A stretch of DNA of 63,960 nt, filler included, from Choristocarpus tenellus KU-1152 (taxonomy: Eukaryota > Protista > Phaeophyceae), in assembly GCA_964200185.2 (NCBI GenBank). It is 12 parts of 12 records of this genome, joined end to end, with 100 filler letters (N's around TTAATTAATTAA, not from the genome) between each part and the next. Parts side by side here need not be neighbours in the genome. Positions count along the whole stretch, not along the records: positions 61,392 to 63,960 come from CAXNAD020026696.1; 11 more parts are not named here. One strand, given 5' to 3'. The notes under the pieces are model-generated. The model made no database searches. It saw only the letters and a program-made list of their open reading frames with translations, and had not been told where the DNA came from. The first letter of the stretch is position 1. Each line of letters opens with the position of its first letter. The position numbers and the translations under genes are program-made. Shown here piece by piece: positions 61,843 through 63,960 of this stretch.

Positions 61843-63931
61843 CTATTCGTCAGCCCCTCCATCCTTCTCTGTATCATACCCTAACCCATCGTCTTCTTCC
61901 TCCTCGTCCTCCTCTTCCATGGCAGAATCACTACCTCCACTTCATACGTTGCGACCTTCCCCCTTTCCACTCGTGCCGGAAGAGGGATACTTGCGCTTTC
62001 TAGTGGTCATTGGCGTCAATTCTGAGTTCGAATCCACCACTTCGAACCCTTGAGAACGCACTACCCTACCACCCGGGAGTGCGTTGAATGGTGATCTGGT
62101 GTCATCTTTCAACCGGGGTTTGCACACCCTCCCGACCACGGGCGTGACGAACGTCTGTCTGGGGCCAACCTGAGAGAAGGGGAGGAGGACATGTTCACGG
62201 CTTCCACTCTGTGGCACTTCTGATGTGAACTCAATGTTGGCGTCGTCTGCCTTCTCGGTCGATCACATGTAGTACAATGGGCAAGTGGCTGCCACGCGCA
62301 AGTAGAGCTCTGCGCCCAGCCCACACACCTCCGTTCCAGGTGAAAGCATGCGCTTGAGCTGTCCGTTACTGGCCACATGGAGTCGACAAATGTACTGTTC
62401 TTCTCGGTCTTCGGGGGAGATCGAACTGAAGGCCTCTGATCGAGAGTTGCACACTTCAAGATCGCCCCACGCAGGAATGTCATTCCCGCCGACTTTGTAG
62501 TCTTTACCTACAAGCGGGAACAAGATCATTTCCGCGGGATTCGAGGATGAGCTTGCACGCAGCTGAATATTGCGGAAGACAAAGATATCGGTGGGCTTGG
62601 GTGGGGTCGAGGGGTGTTGAGGGGGGGGCTAGAGTACGGCGATTCATGAATGTTCGTGATTTGGAGGTAATATCGTCCGAAGAAGGTGGTGCAAAAACGA
62701 CAACCTTATTGTGGTAAAAGGTCGAACACAGTACCGATGCAATACTTACCTTTAAGGCCTACATTTTTGTACACGACGTATTTGGGTGCCGCATTAGGTA
62801 GGTTAGGACTAACGAATAAAAATAGTCTTTTCTGAATGCTGGTAACTAAACTCTGCCGTTCTATCTTAACAAAATACGTAAATTAGCGCATTCAAGCCAA
62901 AGTATCTTATAGAGGGTAGAGTCACGTCCATTTGGGGGTCAAAATACGATGTTACGATTTTGATGAAATCTTGGATATCGTGTTTGTTAGGAAGTGTCAA
63001 TATCTATGTTTCGGACACACCTTTCATAACGTATACATTTTACATACTCCGAAACATTTTCAGAGCCGGGCGATGTCATAAAAATACCCATGGGAAGCCA
63101 AGCCCCACAAAAGGACAAACAGGGAAAAATTCGTACCCTCTAAGATAGTTTCACTCATTCTATACCACATTCACCTCGATCTGGTAGCCGAAGTCCGTCG
63201 CCACCGTCTTCGCAACGAAAATGGTCTCCTCATCGCGTCCCATCGCCTTTCCCTGAGGATGAACAGCCTCAGCAAAACATCGATGCGTCTCCGTTGGAAC
63301 GAGGGTCTGCCCTAAGGCTTCCGGCAGGCAGGAAAGGCCTATCGTGCGTTCTTGAGCGAGAGACGTGGCTACCTGTAGCATCACGTGCGTATATGTGACA
63401 GTCTAACAATGTGGCAGTGAAGTGGGTTAGCCATGCGATAAGGTTTTGTCATATTTGTATGGGTTAGGGTTGGTTGGTTAAAGATGTTGTGATGTACTGC
63501 AGCACGTTTTTTTATTTTTTGTTCGTGCGGGGATGGGGGACATTATGACGTACCGACGATCGCAGCAAAGTCTTGGGGACTCGCGTTTTCCAGCGGTGGT
63601 GTGGGTAACTGCAAGCACTCTGTTGGCAACGTGTAAACATCTACAAGGAAACATCACCAGTACAATTGCATGCCCGAGACCTATCCATAGGGAACGTAGG
63701 CAAACAACAAGTTGGAAAGTAATGGGAAAAATCCAGCACACCCTTCTTACCTTCCACTTGCCGTCCTCGTAGGCTTGGCCGAAGGATGTGTCCATCTTCT
63801 CCTTCACCTCGTCCTTTGAAGCCGCGTTGGACACGAACACCTCCACCCTCCTGCTCCGTTCAAGGGCCGCCTCCACCACATTGTGCCTCTCTGTGCTGTA
63901 GGAGACGACAGTGTCCCCAGCATTCGTGTAC
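61843..63931 (-). pseudogene. Spliced orphan gene or pseudogene; exons 63931-63751, 63372-63175, 62562-(62263 or 61843)
   Basis: Canonical in-phase splice sites and higher-GC, protein-like frames; the last exon has in-frame TGA at 62265-62263 and 61944-61942, with the same frame continuing into an acidic tail. Confidence 0.55.
62894..63156 (-). mobile_element. MITE family B, 263 bp, 4-bp TSD ATTC, located in an intron
   Basis: TIRs AAGCCAAAGTATCTTATAGAGGGTAG / GTACCCTCTAAGATAGTTTCACTC; ATTC at 62890-62893 and 63157-63160. Confidence 0.8.
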
Positions 63932-63960
63932 CTATCTTGGGAGGGCAGTTCGTAAATTAG

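Overview
Eukaryotic, intron-rich, transposon-littered DNA, most consistent with a brown alga (Phaeophyceae, stramenopile). This is an inference from gene content, splice structure and retroelement style. The window is 12 unrelated short contigs joined by 11 artificial 100-bp linkers (N44-TTAATTAATTAA-N44), so no synteny can be read across linkers. Recognisable host genes, mostly partial and reconstructed by hand from GT-AG exons: phosphoserine phosphatase (-), a probably secreted protein built from three tandemly duplicated exons that each encode one 10-cysteine module (+), an apparently complete 4-exon C5orf34-like gene (-), a Venus-flytrap/ANF-receptor-domain gene (-), a GT2 cellulose-synthase-like gene with one >1 kb exon (+), the 3' end of a LAMMER/CLK kinase (-), and a spliced orphan gene with in-frame stops (-). 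Mobile DNA comprises three related MITE families with G(R)G-type termini (Sola2-like, 4-bp TSDs in two copies), two TSD-flanked solo LTRs, copia and gypsy remnants, and several decayed Tc1/mariner transposases. The most interesting structure is the one-exon-one-module Cys-rich array at 7219-9095, which has a variable loop on a fixed disulfide scaffold. No CRISPR array, tRNA or rRNA was seen.
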